Shown here one piece after another: positions 1 through 9,864 of a stretch of DNA of 64,000 bases. The notes below the pieces were generated by a model, which ran no database searches, was not told the origin of the DNA, and saw nothing but the letters and a program-made list of their open reading frames with translations. The translations under genes were made by a program, and so were the position numbers. Position 1 is the first letter of the stretch. Each line of letters starts with the position of its first letter. This stretch comes from Thermoguttaceae bacterium (GTDB taxonomy: Bacteria > Planctomycetota > Planctomycetia > Pirellulales > Thermoguttaceae), in the NCBI GenBank assembly GCA_040768665.1, contig JAXGMN010000031.1, forward strand, positions 36,369 through 100,368, given 5' to 3'.

Positions 1-9
1 CCTGTCGCC

Positions 10-897
10 ATGCTCACCGACAACATCCTGGACCTGATCGGCAATACCCCCCTGATCCGGTTGAAGAACCAGAACGTTTTTGCCAAGGCCGAGTTTCTCA
101 ATCCCGGCGGAAGCATCAAGGACCGCGTCGCGCGGGCGATGCTGGAAGGAGCAGAGCGCGACGGACGGCTCAAGCCCGACTCGATTATCGTGGAGCCGAC
201 CAGCGGAAATACCGGCATCGGGGTGGCATTGGTAGGCCGGCTGAAGGGTTATCGCGTGCGGATCGTGATGCCCGAGGGAATGAGCGAGGAGCGAAAGAAG
301 CTGATCTTGGCCCTGGGAGCCGAACTTGTTCTCACGCCGGATGAGCTGAGCATCCCGGGCGCGGTCGAACGGGTCCGCGAAATTGCCGCCGACGACCCGC
401 GGGTGTTCGTGCCCCAGCAATTCGAGAATCCGGACAATCCCCGCTGTCACTACGAAGAAACGGCGCCGGAACTGTGGCGGCAGATGACCGGCGAGATCGA
501 CTGCTTCGTGGCAGGCGTCGGAAGCGGCGGCACGCTGCAGGGAGTCGGTTCGTTTTTGAAGGAGCATCATCCGCGCGTGAAGATCGTCGCGGTCGAGCCG
601 AAGAACGTTTCCGCACTGTTGGGCCATGAGCCGGGGCTGCACCAGATCCAAGGGATTGGCGACGGATTCATTCCGGCCGTGCTCGACGTCTCGCTGGTCG
701 ACGAGGTGATCGAGGTGAGCGACGAAGACGCCATCGAGACGACGCGGCAACTCGGCCGCGACAACGGCCTATTGGTGGGAATTTCGTCCGGCGCGAACGT
801 TTGGGCCGCGCGCCAACTGGCCAAGACGATCCGCGGAAACATCGCCACGATCCTGCCCGACCGCGCCGAGCGCTACTTCAGCACAGCTCTTCTGTAA
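10..897 (+). CDS. cysK: Cysteine synthase (O-acetylserine sulfhydrylase), PLP-dependent
   Basis: 295 aa. N-terminal GNTPLIRL and the PLP-lysine context SIKDR. Glycine-rich GSGGT loop. Length typical of CysK/CysM. CysK cannot be told from CysM here. Confidence 0.85.
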   Translation: MLTDNILDLIGNTPLIRLKNQNVFAKAEFLNPGGSIKDRVARAMLEGAERDGRLKPDSIIVEPTSGNTGIGVALVGRLKGYRVRIVMPEGMSEERKKLILALGAELVLTPDELSIPGAVERVREIAADDPRVFVPQQFENPDNPRCHYEETAPELWRQMTGEIDCFVAGVGSGGTLQGVGSFLKEHHPRVKIVAVEPKNVSALLGHEPGLHQIQGIGDGFIPAVLDVSLVDEVIEVSDEDAIETTRQLGRDNGLLVGISSGANVWAARQLAKTIRGNIATILPDRAERYFSTALL

Positions 898-906
898 ACC
901 ACCGTC

Positions 907-1815
907 ATGAACGAACAAGATCGACCTGTCGTTGTCGGGCTGGGCGAGTTGCTGTGGGACATTTTTCCCGACGTGCGGCGGCCCGGCGGTGCACCCGCCA
1001 ACGTCGCCTTCCAGGCCGAACAACTCGGTTGCCGCGGCACCGTCTGCTCGCGAGTCGGCCGGGATCCACTCGGCGACGAGCTTGTGAAGTTTCTCGCCGA
1101 CCAAGGGTTGTCCACCGCTTCCATTCAGCGGGATTCGGTACACCCGACCGGAACGGTCACGGTTGACACCAGTCGGCCCGACCACCCCGAGTACGTCATC
1201 CACGAGAACGTCGCCTGGGACCATCTCGTGCTGGATGAACATCTCAGACAACTCGCGCGGGAGGCTGCGGCGATCTGCTTCGGCACACTCGCGCAGCGCT
1301 CGCCAGAATCGCGTGTGACGATCCAGCAGGTGCTCGAAGAGGCTTCTTCCCAGTGCCTGCTCGTCTATGACGTCAACCTCCGGCAGCAATGGTACGATCG
1401 GGATTGGATTGAGGCCTCGCTCGAGAAAGCGCACTGCGTCAAACTGAACGCCGACGAAGTCCTCGTGCTGGCCGACTTGCTCCAGGTCGGCACGGCGGAC
1501 CATCGCGCGTTTGCCGAGGCGATCCGGCTGCGTTTCGACGTCGACGCGGTCTGCATCACCCGCGGCCCGGACGGCTGCCTGATGTCGGGGCCGGACATGG
1601 CGGTGGACTACCCCGGCATAAAGGTGAACGTGGTCGACGCCGTCGGGGCCGGCGATGCGTTTACCGCAGCGTGGATCCACGCCCGGCTGCTCGGCTGGGA
1701 CTTGGCGGCCCAGGCCTCATTCGCCAACCAGATCGGAGCCCTGGTGGCGAGCCGGCCGGGCGCCATGCCTCCGCTGGCAGACGAGTTCGCCGCGATAGCC
1801 AGGCGATTTCCATGA
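907..1815 (+). CDS. PfkB-family carbohydrate kinase (fructokinase / 2-keto-3-deoxygluconate kinase-like)
   Basis: 302 aa. N-terminal VVGLGELLWD with GGAPANVA. C-terminal DAVGAGDAFTAAW matches the PfkB signature 2. Lies 9 nt downstream of cysK. Confidence 0.8.
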   Translation: MNEQDRPVVVGLGELLWDIFPDVRRPGGAPANVAFQAEQLGCRGTVCSRVGRDPLGDELVKFLADQGLSTASIQRDSVHPTGTVTVDTSRPDHPEYVIHENVAWDHLVLDEHLRQLAREAAAICFGTLAQRSPESRVTIQQVLEEASSQCLLVYDVNLRQQWYDRDWIEASLEKAHCVKLNADEVLVLADLLQVGTADHRAFAEAIRLRFDVDAVCITRGPDGCLMSGPDMAVDYPGIKVNVVDAVGAGDAFTAAWIHARLLGWDLAAQASFANQIGALVASRPGAMPPLADEFAAIARRFP

Positions 1816-1832
1816 TGCGGAGATGAGCTCGC

Positions 1833-3296
1833 ATGCAACCAGGCACGCCGTTGTTGCTCGGGATCGACATCGGCACCGGTGGCGTGCGAGCCCTCGCTGC
1901 GACCCCGCAGGGCGACGTGATTGCCCAGGTCTCCCTGCCTTTCGACGAGTCCGGTGCTTTGCTCGACGGCAACCGTCACGAGCAGCCGCCGCAGGGCTGG
2001 TGGCGAACCGTCTGCGCGGCCACGAACAGGCTTATCGAGGAGATATCGTTCGCGGGCTGGCGCAAGGAGCAAATCGCCGCGGTCGCCATTGACGGGACCT
2101 CGGGCACCGTGGTCGCACTGGACCGCGCCGGGATCCCGCTCCGGCCCGCGCTGATGTACAACGATGGCCGCGCGACCGCCGAGGCCGCCGAACTGAACGT
2201 GCTTGCGGGTGACTTCTGCGACAAGCTTGGCTACCGCTTCACCGCCTCGTTTGCGCTGGCGAAAATCCTCTGGCTGCGGAACCACGAACCGGATCGTTTC
2301 TACCGGACAGCGACCTTCGTCCACCAGGCCGATTACATCGCCGGATTGCTCAGCGGCGTCGCCGGGGTCTCCGACTACAGCAACGCCTTGAAGACGGGAT
2401 ACGACCTGATTGAGGACTGCTGGCCATCCTGGTTTTCAAAGCTGTCCGACATCCAGCAGCGGCTCCCGCGAGTCGTTGCGCCGGGCGTCGGGGTTGGCCG
2501 AATTACCGCTTCGGCAGCCCAAAAAACCGGCCTTCCGGAGGCCGTGGCGGTTATTGCCGGTGCCAGCGACGGGACGGCCGCCTGTCTAGCATCGGGACTT
2601 CGGCGGGCGGGGGACTATAATACAACATTGGGGACCACCTTGGTTTTCAAGGGCGTCAGCCGCACCGTCTGCCGGCATCCCGAAGGGCTGGTCTATTGTC
2701 ACAAGCTGCCTGGCGGGCTGTGGCTTCCCGGGGCTGCCAGCAACACGGGGTGCGAATGGATGGGCCGGTGGTTCGAAGGTTGCGATCCGGCGGGGATGGA
2801 TGCCGAGGCTTCCGCGAAGCTCCCAAGTCGGTGCATCGCCTACCCGCTGGCTCGTCGCGGCGAGCGGTTTCCGATGCAATCCGACTCGGCCCAAGGATTC
2901 GTGGAGCCGGAGTCGGTTGTGTCGGTCGACCGCTACGCGGCTTGCCTGCAAGGGGTCGGCTTGTTCGAGCGGCTGTGCTACCAGGTATTGGACCAGGCGA
3001 CCGGTTCGGGCGGCGGTGAAGTATTCAGCACCGGGGGTGGAAGCCGTAGCGACGTGTGGATGCAGTGCCGGGCGGACGCGACCGGCCGCGTTGTGCACCG
3101 GCCCGCCTGCCCGGAATCGGCGTTTGGCGCGGCGGTGCTCGCCGGGGCAGGCACGTGCTTTCGCAGTGTCGGCGACGCCGTGGAAGCCATGGTGAAGTTG
3201 AGCGATACCTTTGTTGCCAGGCAGGAATTTTCGGGGCATTACGAAGACCTGTTCGGACGGTTCTGCGACGAGTTCAGGAAGCGGGGATATCTGTGA
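1833..3296 (+). CDS. FGGY-family carbohydrate kinase (xylulokinase/ribulokinase-like)
   Basis: 487 aa. N-terminal LLGIDIGTGGVRA (ATPase fold of the FGGY family). Central GTSGT motif. Length typical. Confidence 0.8.
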   Translation: MQPGTPLLLGIDIGTGGVRALAATPQGDVIAQVSLPFDESGALLDGNRHEQPPQGWWRTVCAATNRLIEEISFAGWRKEQIAAVAIDGTSGTVVALDRAGIPLRPALMYNDGRATAEAAELNVLAGDFCDKLGYRFTASFALAKILWLRNHEPDRFYRTATFVHQADYIAGLLSGVAGVSDYSNALKTGYDLIEDCWPSWFSKLSDIQQRLPRVVAPGVGVGRITASAAQKTGLPEAVAVIAGASDGTAACLASGLRRAGDYNTTLGTTLVFKGVSRTVCRHPEGLVYCHKLPGGLWLPGAASNTGCEWMGRWFEGCDPAGMDAEASAKLPSRCIAYPLARRGERFPMQSDSAQGFVEPESVVSVDRYAACLQGVGLFERLCYQVLDQATGSGGGEVFSTGGGSRSDVWMQCRADATGRVVHRPACPESAFGAAVLAGAGTCFRSVGDAVEAMVKLSDTFVARQEFSGHYEDLFGRFCDEFRKRGYL

Positions 3297-4672
3297 CCAT
3301 CTACAAGCCATGCGACATTCGCGGCCACGCCATGACCGAGCTCACGCCCGAACTCTATCACGGCTGGGGGCTGGCGCTCGGACAGCAGGTGCCGCCCGGG
3401 GCCAAGTTTGTCGTCGGCGGCGACGTGCGAATGTCGACGTCCAAGTTCCTCGGGGCCCTGGTGAACGGTCTCTGCCGGGCGGGAGTCGACGTCGTGGACC
3501 TCGGCACGTTGCCGACACCGATCGTTTACTACGCGAAGCACCGTCTGATGGCCGACGGTTGTGCGATCGTGACCGCCTCGCACAATCCACCCGACGACAA
3601 CGGGCTCAAATGGATGATCGGCGATCGTCCACCCTCCGAGGAGCAGGTAGGCCGACTGGAGACTGCCGGCGCCGCGGTCGCCGACGGCCGCAGTCGCCGG
3701 GAACCGCGACGGATCGACATTACGTTCGACTACGTCGCCTGGCTGCAGGAACAATGGAGTCAGCGTCAGCCCGTCCGGCTGCACGTGGTCCTCGATCCGA
3801 TGCACGGTTGCTGGGCGGGACGGGCACGCCGTTACCTGCACGCGATCTTTCCCCAACTGGTCGTTACCGCGATCCACGATACTCCGGACGCAGTCTTCGA
3901 CGGCCGCTGCCCCGATTCCTCCCGGCACGAATTGCTGGAGAAGCTCAGCGAGACGGTCGACCATCAGCGGGCCGATCTGGGAATCGCGTTCGACGGCGAC
4001 GGCGATCGGATCAGCGTGGTTGCCAATGACGGCGTGATTCTCCGCGCCGAGGAAACCACGGCAATTCTGCTGGAGAGTTTCGGCGAGGAGATCGCCGGGA
4101 AGCCGTTCGTCTACGACTTGAAGTTTTCCGAGCGTCTGCCCGAGTTCGCCAAGAGCCTCAAAGCGCAGCCGCTGGTCGAGCGAAGCGGTCACTCGTTTCT
4201 CCGCACGCGCATGCTCGAAAGCGGCGCACGGTTCGGCGCCGAGGTGAGCGGGCACTATTTCTACGGCGATCTCGAAGGCGGCGACGATGCACTCTACACG
4301 GCCTGCCGGTTGATCCACTACGCCGCCAGCACCGGTCGCTCGCTTTCCGAGCTGCGACGAACGTTTCCGGAAGTCTTTGTCACACCGGATCTTCGCGTGG
4401 CGGTCGAGCCGCAGCACCAGGCGAAGGTGCTCGAGCACGTCCGCTCGACGTGGAGCGAGTTCCCGCAAACGGCCGTCGACGGCGTCCGCGTTCAGTTTCC
4501 CGAGGGCTGGGCGCTTGTTCGGAGTTCGGTCACGCAACCGGCCATGACCTTCCGGTTCGAGGCTTCCAGTCTCCAGGCTCTTTACGGGCTCGTATGGAAA
4601 TTCTGCGATACCCTCCCGGACGTTGGCGATTCGCTTTGGACGCGTTATGAAGAGGCTATGGGCGGAGCATGA
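3293..4672 (+). CDS. Phosphomannomutase/phosphoglucomutase (alpha-D-phosphohexomutase)
   Basis: The ORF track starts this frame at 3056. The conserved N-terminus IYKPCDIRG (compare IFRAYDIRG of PMM/PGM) begins at an in-frame GTG at 3293, which overlaps the FGGY stop (GTGA). Active-site motif TASHNPPDDNGLK (phospho-Ser loop) is present. Mg loop FDGDGDR is present. Confidence 0.8.
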   Translation: MTIYKPCDIRGHAMTELTPELYHGWGLALGQQVPPGAKFVVGGDVRMSTSKFLGALVNGLCRAGVDVVDLGTLPTPIVYYAKHRLMADGCAIVTASHNPPDDNGLKWMIGDRPPSEEQVGRLETAGAAVADGRSRREPRRIDITFDYVAWLQEQWSQRQPVRLHVVLDPMHGCWAGRARRYLHAIFPQLVVTAIHDTPDAVFDGRCPDSSRHELLEKLSETVDHQRADLGIAFDGDGDRISVVANDGVILRAEETTAILLESFGEEIAGKPFVYDLKFSERLPEFAKSLKAQPLVERSGHSFLRTRMLESGARFGAEVSGHYFYGDLEGGDDALYTACRLIHYAASTGRSLSELRRTFPEVFVTPDLRVAVEPQHQAKVLEHVRSTWSEFPQTAVDGVRVQFPEGWALVRSSVTQPAMTFRFEASSLQALYGLVWKFCDTLPDVGDSLWTRYEEAMGGA

Positions 4673-6432
4673 ACGCTTCTCGATCCCATCCGAACCGTCT
4701 GAACTTTGGCTGCCCTCGCTGTATGACGCGGCTGGAGGCTCGATTGACTCAGGCGGGAATGCGCCGTCGCTGTCCGGTCTGCCACTGGGAGTTCACGATC
4801 CCGACCGCCGAACAAGTTGCAGCCCTCGCCCGGCGGAGCCAGTCGGAATACGCCCTTTCGCGCCCCGGCAATCGGCCGGTCCCGGAGTCGTCGGCCTACC
4901 AGACCTACCTTGCCGTGGTCTGCCGGGTTTGCGGAACGCGGATGTATGCCACACCGGAACAGGTCGGCGACGAGATGGAGTGCCCCGACTGCGGGACGTT
5001 CACCAAAGTTGCGCCGCCGGTTGTCGATCCTGCCGAGTCGTCGCCCCGCCCGGCCCCGGCTGAGGTTGAGGAAGACTATCCGATCTACCAAGGTGAGGCC
5101 CAGCCGCCGGCGGATCGCCGCGAGGTCCACCAGACTTATGTCCCCGTGATCTGCGGTGTTTGCCGCACGAGGATGCTTGCCACGTTGGACCAGGTCGGAC
5201 AGGAGATGATCTGCCCGGACTGTGGGACTCCTTCGATCGTCCCTCCGCCGGTTCCGAAGGAATCGAGCGGCCCGGCCGCGTCGGCGGAATCCGGCTCGCC
5301 GTACGGCATCGGCGTGTGGAACTGGTGGGAACTCGGCGTAAAGGCGCCCGCCGGTTCGAACGAGGTCGTCACCGTCTGTCCACTCTGCCACACGCGTCTG
5401 AACGTGTCAGCCGATGCTGCCGATCAATGGCTTGAGTGCCCGGACTGCGGAACGTCGTTCGATGCCGCGGGCCGGAAGGTGGAGCCCGTGAAGACTGAGC
5501 CGAATGAGAGCATGGCGGAAGAGACGGACGAGGAAGAGTATGGGATCGTCGCGCGCGAGGCCACGGCGGATCTCAGACCGGCCGTCTTTCCCGAATCCGA
5601 GTCCGCGGAGCCTCCTGCCGAGGACGAGCCCCGCACGCTGCGTTCGATTCAAGAAGAAGAGCCGGAACAAGCTCCGCGATGGCCGTTTCTCACCGGGGTG
5701 TTCAGCTTTCCGTTCTATTCCAACTCGCTTCTGTACTGGGTGGCGCTCTCGGTCGGGGCGATGGGCATTGCCGCGCTGGGGCGCGAGGCGTACCAGTTGA
5801 CGCAAGGCAGCGCGCTGGGGTGGGTCCTTAGTATCTTGTTTGGCGTGTTCGGCGGCCTTCTGGCCGTGATATGGGCCATCGGCGCATCGGCGATTGGCCT
5901 GGCGATTGTTCAAGATACGTCGGACGGCTACGACCGCATCGTCAATTGGCCCGAAGGGACGGTCTTCGAGTGGTTTCCCGAATTCCTCTTTGTCTTGAAC
6001 AGCGTGTCGCTTTCGCTGATTGCCGGACTGGCCCTCCGGGCGCTGCTGGGAGCGGACACGCAGCTTACGGGGATGGTCCTGGCGGCCACCGCTTATGTCT
6101 TGTTCCCTCTGTTGCTGATCTCGATGCTCGAGGGAGGAAGCCCCTGGAAGCCGTTTTCCTGGCCGATTTGGCGGACGCTGTTTACGGTCGTCTGGGCTTG
6201 GGGGCTGTTCTACGTGGAGACGGCGCTGATCGGTCTGGCGATCGTCCTTCCGGCGGGACTGCTGGCGGCAACGCACCCGATCGCAGCCGTACCGGGCATC
6301 GCGATAATCGTCGCCGCGATGATGATCTATTTCCGGCTGCTCGGAAGGCTCGTCTGGTACTGTGCCCAGCGGCTGCCCGACAAAGAGGAACCGGAGGACG
6401 AAGAATCGACCGCCGAGGAAGATTCGGAGTGA
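4669..6432 (+). CDS. Polytopic membrane protein with four N-terminal zinc-ribbon (CxxC...CPxC) repeats, function unknown
   Basis: 587 aa. Four consecutive ~60-aa units each carry CxxC-(15-17)-CPxCG. Example: VCRVCGTRMYATPEQVGDEMECPDCGT. They are separated by Pro-rich linkers. Then comes an acidic linker and at least 6 predicted TM helices, ending in an acidic tail. The start overlaps the PMM stop by 4 nt. Confidence 0.7.
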   Translation: MNASRSHPNRLNFGCPRCMTRLEARLTQAGMRRRCPVCHWEFTIPTAEQVAALARRSQSEYALSRPGNRPVPESSAYQTYLAVVCRVCGTRMYATPEQVGDEMECPDCGTFTKVAPPVVDPAESSPRPAPAEVEEDYPIYQGEAQPPADRREVHQTYVPVICGVCRTRMLATLDQVGQEMICPDCGTPSIVPPPVPKESSGPAASAESGSPYGIGVWNWWELGVKAPAGSNEVVTVCPLCHTRLNVSADAADQWLECPDCGTSFDAAGRKVEPVKTEPNESMAEETDEEEYGIVAREATADLRPAVFPESESAEPPAEDEPRTLRSIQEEEPEQAPRWPFLTGVFSFPFYSNSLLYWVALSVGAMGIAALGREAYQLTQGSALGWVLSILFGVFGGLLAVIWAIGASAIGLAIVQDTSDGYDRIVNWPEGTVFEWFPEFLFVLNSVSLSLIAGLALRALLGADTQLTGMVLAATAYVLFPLLLISMLEGGSPWKPFSWPIWRTLFTVVWAWGLFYVETALIGLAIVLPAGLLAATHPIAAVPGIAIIVAAMMIYFRLLGRLVWYCAQRLPDKEEPEDEESTAEEDSE

Positions 6433-6433
6433 C

Positions 6434-6856
6434 CTATTTGGCAGGCTGTTTCACCGGGGGGGCCGGCGCAGTGGGCCCCTCTTCGACGACCTTTGCCTGA
6501 GGCGACGCCGGATGGCAACAGCCCGCGGAAGTCTGCCGGCAAACCGGTGCACAGGTCCGCACGGGACCGCACGATCCGCAGCCGCACCCGAGGAAGTGCA
6601 TTTTCGGGCCGCAATCGGCGGCTCGAGCCAGCTTTTCTTCGCAGTAGCCGTCCCAGATATTCGTACAGCAGCGGCTCGGGCACGCACAGCACGCCGGTGC
6701 GAGGGCGCCATAAGCGGGCCCGCCGCATGGCTGGGCGGCGTAAGCCGCGAAAGCTGCATAGTTGGGTATCGGAGGCAGAACGGCTCCCGGGACCTCTTGG
6801 CCAACCGCCAAACCGGAAAGGGCCGTTGTTAAAATCAACGATCGAAACCAGTGCAT
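6434..6856 (-). CDS. Small cysteine-rich secreted protein (about 17 Cys), unknown function
   Basis: The ORF runs 6434..6913. The likely start is the Met of MHWFRSLILTTALSGLAVGQ (a signal-peptide-like hydrophobic stretch), which is preceded by a perfect AAGGAG Shine-Dalgarno. The mature part is rich in CC, CxC and GCGCGSCG runs. Confidence 0.55.
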   Translation of the reverse strand: MHWFRSLILTTALSGLAVGQEVPGAVLPPIPNYAAFAAYAAQPCGGPAYGALAPACCACPSRCCTNIWDGYCEEKLARAADCGPKMHFLGCGCGSCGPVRTCAPVCRQTSAGCCHPASPQAKVVEEGPTAPAPPVKQPAK

Positions 6857-7116
6857 GGAATTCTCCTTGATTGCCCACACATCGAAAAGGCTGCCCCGGA
6901 CGCACGCCGGCATCAGGGTTGGCCTTGGTGGGTGGAAACGTGGTCCACGTGACTCGCGGGTTGGTACCGCGGCGGCCGTTCTCTTAACCTATCTTCGGCC
7001 GGCGTGCGTCCAAGCAAAACATGCCCTTCAAACGCCCGCAAAGCAAACGCAGACGTTGCATTTTCGCAACTTTTCCCAGCCGGCTCATCCGACCGCGCTG
7101 TCGGAAACGATTGCGC

Positions 7117-7150
7117 GATAAGAAAATACGGCCTCTCCGTTTGAGGGCCT
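7117..7150 (-). terminator. Putative intrinsic terminator downstream of the dehydrogenase gene
   Basis: On the minus strand, GGCCCTCAAACGGAGAGGCC (imperfect GC-rich hairpin) is followed by GTATTTTCTTATC. Located ~100 nt after the stop at 7246. Confidence 0.35.
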
Positions 7151-7245
7151 TACCGTTGCACTCGTTGCGCGCAGCGAACCGGCGCGACGATTGCTGGCTG
7201 TACCGGTCGCCGCGGTTGTGTCGACATTAGGGACAAAGCCGGTGA

Positions 7246-8316
7246 CTACAGATTCTCCACCACCAGATCGCCGATCTCGCTGGTGGAGTATCCCATCTTG
7301 CCGGCCGCCTGACTTTTCATCTTGGTGCCGGTGACGGTCTGGATGGCTGTCATCACGCGCTGGGCGGCCTTCTCGTAGCCGCTGTGCTCCAGCAGCATGG
7401 CTATGGCGCTGATTGTGGCAATGGGGTTGATCACGCCCTTGCCGGTGTACTTGGGGGCGCTGCCACCCATCGGCTCAAACATGCTTGGCTTGCCGGGGTC
7501 GGGATTGATGTTGCCACCGGCGGCCACACCCATACCGCCCTGCAGAATACCAGCCAGATCGGTGATGATGTCGCCGAACATGTTCGTGGTGACGATCACG
7601 TCGTAGAACTCAGGGTTCTTGACCATCCACATGCAGCAGGCGTCAACGTGGTTGTAATCGGTCTCGATGTCCGGATACTCCCTGGCCACGTCCTGGAAGG
7701 TGCGCCACCAGAGGTCGTGTCCGAAGGTGAGCACGTTGGTCTTGGCAACCAATGTCAACCGCTTTTTCCTGTTCCGCTTGCGGGTGTAGTCGAAGGCCCA
7801 GCGGATGCAGCGCTCGCAGCCCTTGCGGGTATAAACGGCGGTCTGTGTGGCAACTTCGTCGGGAGTGCCCTTTTTCAGGAACCCGCCGATGCCGGTGTAC
7901 ATATCCTCGGTATTCTCGCGGACGACCACGAAATCGATGTCGTCGGGTCCCTTGTCTTTCAGGGGCGTCTCGACGCCAGGATACAGTTTCACCGGCCGGA
8001 GGTTGATGTACTGGTCGAACAAGAAACGAAGATTCAGAAGCAAGCCGCGCTCGAGGATTCCCGGGGCGACTTGTGGATGGCCGATGGCGCCCAGCAGTAT
8101 GGCGTCGAACCGGCTTAACTCCTCGGCCGCACCGTCCGGCAGGATCTCGCCCGTTTTCAGATAGCGGTCGCCGCCGTAGTCAAAGTCTTTGAGTTCGACC
8201 GCGATTTTCTCAAGTTTGGCCACCGCCTTGAGTACCTTGGCCCCCTCCGCGGCCACTTCGGGGCCGGTGCCATCGCCGCCGATAACGGCTACCTTCAGTG
8301 TACTGTTTGTGTTCAC
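7246..8316 (-). CDS. Isocitrate/3-isopropylmalate dehydrogenase family enzyme (most likely 3-isopropylmalate dehydrogenase)
   Basis: 356 aa. GTG start. N-terminal [15 protein letters not shown] (NAD-binding). [16 protein letters not shown] near the C-terminus is the family signature. Length fits LeuB. Tartrate or homoisocitrate dehydrogenase cannot be excluded. Confidence 0.75.
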   Translation of the reverse strand: MNTNSTLKVAVIGGDGTGPEVAAEGAKVLKAVAKLEKIAVELKDFDYGGDRYLKTGEILPDGAAEELSRFDAILLGAIGHPQVAPGILERGLLLNLRFLFDQYINLRPVKLYPGVETPLKDKGPDDIDFVVVRENTEDMYTGIGGFLKKGTPDEVATQTAVYTRKGCERCIRWAFDYTRKRNRKKRLTLVAKTNVLTFGHDLWWRTFQDVAREYPDIETDYNHVDACCMWMVKNPEFYDVIVTTNMFGDIITDLAGILQGGMGVAAGGNINPDPGKPSMFEPMGGSAPKYTGKGVINPIATISAIAMLLEHSGYEKAAQRVMTAIQTVTGTKMKSQAAGKMGYSTSEIGDLVVENL

Positions 8317-8419
8317 GACTTGCTTCCAATCGCTGTTGGTACCGACAAACCAAACCGGCTATTCTATCAGCCCGAGTGGGGGTTCACAAGTTGCGGGGCG
8401 GATGGACGGGAGGTGGGCC

Positions 8420-8995
8420 TCAAAGCGCATGGGGAACGGCGACCGGTGAGTCCTGTGACCAGATCCCCCGGCCGGCGGACTTTGCCTCGTCCTCGGCTCG
8501 CCGGAAACGGGTCTTCATACTCGACGAGTAGCGGTAGCCGGTCTCGGCCGTAGCCAGTCCCGATCGCACGAGCTCCTCGTTGAGCATCCGATCGCCGACC
8601 CAGACGTAGGCCAGAAAACGCCCGTACCGATCGATCCGCTCCTTGTCGAACTGGAGCCGAACGGTACCGCTTCCGGCCGCAACGAAGTCCGTGGTGAACT
8701 GCGACGCTTCCGGCCCGAAGGGCTCGACGGGCGAATCGGGCTTGACGCTCTCCGGGGCGTCGACCCCGATCAATCGAACCCGCGCACCGCCGGCCAGCAG
8801 GAGTGTGTCGCCATCGACGACCCTCTCGACCGCGCAATTGCCTTCCGGAAGCGACTCGGGCGGAACGGGGTCTTGCCGGTCCTGCCAGACACGAAGCGCA
8901 ACGAGGGCGAGTATGGCGAGGGCGGCGATGAGGCCGCGCCGGCGGCGCGAGGAAATTCGCAATCGCGTCGGTGTTGGCGTGGATCGCTCCATCGT
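8420..8995 (-). CDS. Thermonuclease (staphylococcal nuclease, SNase-like) family protein with N-terminal membrane anchor or signal
   Basis: The start is chosen at the Met of MERSTPTPTRLRISSRRRRGLIAALAILALVAL (basic then hydrophobic). The SNase core VVDGDTLLL...RLIGVDAPE and the C-terminal GRGIW are present. Confidence 0.7.
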   Translation of the reverse strand, partial: TMERSTPTPTRLRISSRRRRGLIAALAILALVALRVWQDRQDPVPPESLPEGNCAVERVVDGDTLLLAGGARVRLIGVDAPESVKPDSPVEPFGPEASQFTTDFVAAGSGTVRLQFDKERIDRYGRFLAYVWVGDRMLNEELVRSGLATAETGYRYSSSMKTRFRRAEDEAKSAGRGIWSQDSPVAVPHAL

Positions 8996-9129
8996 GGCGG
9001 TCTTCACCGGGCGCCCCGGCAGTTTTGGCTGGCCAACAGTCGCGGTTCGCCGTTGGCGACCAGGAAAACCTGCTTCTTCTTGGCTTCGGGCGGTTTGGCA
9101 ATTGCCGGGATCTGGTAAGCGGCCATCGT

Positions 9130-9864
9130 TCATTTTGCTTCAGATCGCTTCACCCGGTCCCGAAGCCTGGCGATCGCGGCCATGAGTTCCTCCCGAGCGG
9201 CAGAGAGGCCCGCGAGCGTCTTCTCGCCCGGGCGATGGACGTAGTCGAGAATGATCTTCTCCGCGTCGACATACTCCCGGGCAACGTCGGCCACTTCGGA
9301 GGCGATGTCCAAGGGAATGCCGGTTACGCCGTTGGCGTCGCCGTGCAGGAGATCGCCCTGGTGCACGACCAGCCCCCCGACGCGGACCGGCAACCCTAGG
9401 TGGAGCAGGTGGCACCAGGCATGGGCACAAATGGTGGTCGCGGTGAACACGGGATAGCCCAAGGCCCTTACCTGGGGCAGGTCGCGGCCGCCGCCGGAGG
9501 TGATCAGGCCGACCGAGCCGTACGCCTGGTAAACGGAGCACATGATCTCGCCAAACGTTGCCCCGACGGGCGGGTCGTCGATATCCTGGAACACCATGAC
9601 CGCCGGCCCCGGGAGGTCTTCGAATCGCCGGACCTGGTCGTCGATCGTGCCGTACGCATCGCCGGATAGCGGCGGTCCGCCGGAGCGGAAGGCCGCCGTG
9701 CTGGCAAAGCCCACCATCGGCGGCATTTCCGGAAAGTTGGCGCGAATGCGTCCGTCCATGAAGCCGGTGTGGTGAGGCCGAACGTCGAACAGTTCGATCA
9801 CGTTGCAGATGGTCGGGGTATCGTACTGTGCCAGCTTGCTGAGCGTCTGGGCGGAAATCGGCAT
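9130..9864 (-). CDS. RraA-family protein (RraA / 4-hydroxy-4-methyl-2-oxoglutarate aldolase-like)
   Basis: 244 aa. HQGDLLHGDANGVTGIP matches the RraA-family GDxxxGDxxGVxxIP motif. Includes MVFQDIDDP. Confidence 0.65.
   Translation of the reverse strand: MPISAQTLSKLAQYDTPTICNVIELFDVRPHHTGFMDGRIRANFPEMPPMVGFASTAAFRSGGPPLSGDAYGTIDDQVRRFEDLPGPAVMVFQDIDDPPVGATFGEIMCSVYQAYGSVGLITSGGGRDLPQVRALGYPVFTATTICAHAWCHLLHLGLPVRVGGLVVHQGDLLHGDANGVTGIPLDIASEVADVAREYVDAEKIILDYVHRPGEKTLAGLSAAREELMAAIARLRDRVKRSEAK

Noticed and set aside
4645-6276. Minus-strand ORFs of 248 aa (4645..5391) and 289 aa (5407..6276) overlapping the zinc-ribbon membrane protein gene
   Set aside because: Arg-rich low-complexity translations. 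The plus-strand gene has a coherent repeat and TM architecture and operon coupling.
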